DNA from: Isurus oxyrinchus
Lineage: Eukaryota
Direction: 5' to 3'
Assembly (NCBI GenBank): GCA_026770705.1
Contig: JANJGN010000013.1
Span: forward strand, 97,216,001 to 97,280,000
Length of the DNA stretch: 64,000 nucleotides
Translations under genes and position numbers: made by a program
In this document: one piece after another, positions 62,019 to 64,000 of the stretch
Numbering within the stretch: position 1 is the stretch's first letter
How the letters are laid out: each line of letters begins with the position of its first letter
The notes under the pieces: generated by a model
What the model was told of the DNA's origin: nothing
The model's input: only the letters and a program-made list of their open reading frames with translations
The model's database searches: none

Positions 62019-62879
62019 CATCAAGCCCTGATTGCAGACCCCAAGACCCACCCATTCCTCCTACAGAACGCCAATGATTGTGGGGCCCCTAACACAGCAC
62101 TATGTAAGGCCCAAGGCCAAAGTCTGGGGCTCCTCAAACCTTCCCTTTTGAATGTGGGCAGTTAACACTGTGCAGGTAAGTTTCCCAAAATTTGGGCCCA
62201 TTATTAGTAAATTGACCCTGAAACTGTTGAATTACCATAACAACCCAATTGAGGAAAGAACCTGATCTGGCCAATGGTAGACTACAGCTCCCCAGCAATG
62301 AGGTTGGGTCATAACTGCCCTCTGAAGCTATGCTGTTGTGTCAAACCTTTGCAAAGAATAGGAAGAATATAACCAGGTGAACCACTCTGCTGTGATCTAA
62401 GCACTGAATTAGGATATGATGAAGCCCACTTAACTCCACGAAGTCTTTCTTATTAACATATGGGAACTGGATTCAAAGTTGGGAGAGCAGTCCCACTGAC
62501 AGGCCAAGTGACAGTCTGGCTAAGTCATACTCTAGAAACCAAATCCTGATGTCAAGCTGAGGGCTTTCTCCATCATGTCATGTGGCACTACTACCATGTT
62601 GAATGGGATACATTATGAAGAGCTTATAACTGAGTATCACGTGGCACTACTGATCATCAGCAACAGCAGAATTTTATTCCACCACAACCTGTATCTGATG
62701 GCCCAGTATCCATCACCAGCAAATCAGAAAACCACTCCAGATTCAGTGAGGATTGTAGAAGAGCATTCTGAGAGCAGCACCAGGAATATTTAAAAATGAA
62801 ATATAACCTGGCAAGGTTACAACACAAGACTACGTGCTTTTGAAACAGTAGAAGCAGCACGCTATAGAAAGAGATAAGT

Positions 62880-64000
62880 GAACTCACAGTTATTGGATCA
62901 GGCCAAAACTCTCCAGGCCTGCCAGATCCAGTAATGAATAATGGTGGAGGATTAAGTGACCAACTAGAGGGGGTGGGTCCATGAACACCCTATTCTCGAT
63001 AATGGTGAAGCTTAACTCATCAGTGTAAAAGAAAAGGTTGAAGCATTTGTAACAACCTTCAGTCAGAAGGAGCAAATAGACCAACCTTCTTCACCTCCTC
63101 CTGAGGGTCCCAAAATCACAGATACTATTCTTCAGCCAATTCAATTCATTCTGTGTTATATTAAAAGACTATTGGATCCTGACAAAACTCTGGTGTAATG
63201 CTGAAGACCAGTGCTCCAGAGTTCGCTGCACCTCTAGCCGAGCTGTTCCTGAACAGCCACAGTGCTGGCATCTATCCGACAAAATGGAAAACTGCCTGGG
63301 CCTGCCTGGTCTTCAAAAAAATGGGACAAATCTAATCTGGCCAGTTAGCACCCTATCAGCCTACTCACAATCATCAGCAAAGTGATAGAAGCAATTGTCA
63401 ACAGGCTGTTCAAGCACCACTTACTCACCACTAACCTGCTCATCAGTGTTCAGTTTGGGTTCTGCCAGGACTTAGCTCCAAACTCCATTACATTATTTGT
63501 CTGCACATGGGCACCAGAGATGAATTCCTTGGATGACTGCTCTTGCCAACAAGGCAAAATTTGACCAAGCGTGAAAACAAGTAAATCCAACGTCAATGTG
63601 ATTTAGGAAAAGCTTTCCAGCGGCTAGAATTATATGTGGCACACATGGAAGGTGGTTGTGGTTTTTGGAGACCAATCATCTCAGCCCCAGGATATTGCTG
63701 CAGGAGTTCCTCAGGGGAAATATCCTGGGTCAAATTATCTTCACACGTTTCATCAATGACCTTAATTTGATCGTAAAGTCGCAAGTGGGCCTTTTTGCTG
63801 ACAACTGCACAGTATTCAGATAATGAAGCATGCGTGCATGCAGCAAGCATTGGACAACATCCAGATTTAGGCTGATAAGTGACAATTAACATTAATGCTA
63901 CACCCCTGCCAGGTAATGTTAATTTTCAACAAGAGAGAATCAAGTCACCTGCACTTCACATTTAGTGGCATTACCATCACTGAATCACCCGCCATCAGCA
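62880..64000 (+). mobile_element. HER1-type LINE RT region, running off the window
   Basis: Decayed equivalents of 33880-34860 (KSNLAS, QFGFCQD, GVPQG, FADNCTV). Confidence 0.75.

Noticed and set aside
57158-64000. VWF exon 15
   Set aside because: I found no Cys-rich C8-2 coding segment with splice sites. It is presumably beyond the window.

Overview
Repeat-rich vertebrate genomic DNA, very probably from a shark or other elasmobranch: it carries HE1-type SINEs, HER1-type LINEs, Deu-domain SINEs, CR1 and Penelope elements. The only host gene I can support is von Willebrand factor (vwf, + strand). It has a putative core promoter at ~36936-36970, a non-coding exon 1 ending at 37232, and coding exons 2-14 (37466-57157; 1732 nt covering signal peptide, D1 and most of D2, both CGLC motifs intact); the gene continues past the window. 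The first 36 kb is intergenic and dominated by nested transposons. A CR1 LINE is split by a Gypsy LTR element, whose RT is interrupted by a 4.4-kb palindromic Penelope insertion (15-bp TSD, hammerhead-like motif near each end) and by a solo LTR. The most unusual item is in vwf intron 5: a nearly complete U6 snRNA fused through its oligo-T end to a tRNA-Thr-like A/B-box module and a structured tail, a candidate U6-headed composite SINE or ligation chimera. All calls were made by eye. Repeat boundaries are approximate unless a TSD or terminus is quoted, and comparisons to human VWF and to family consensus sequences are from memory.
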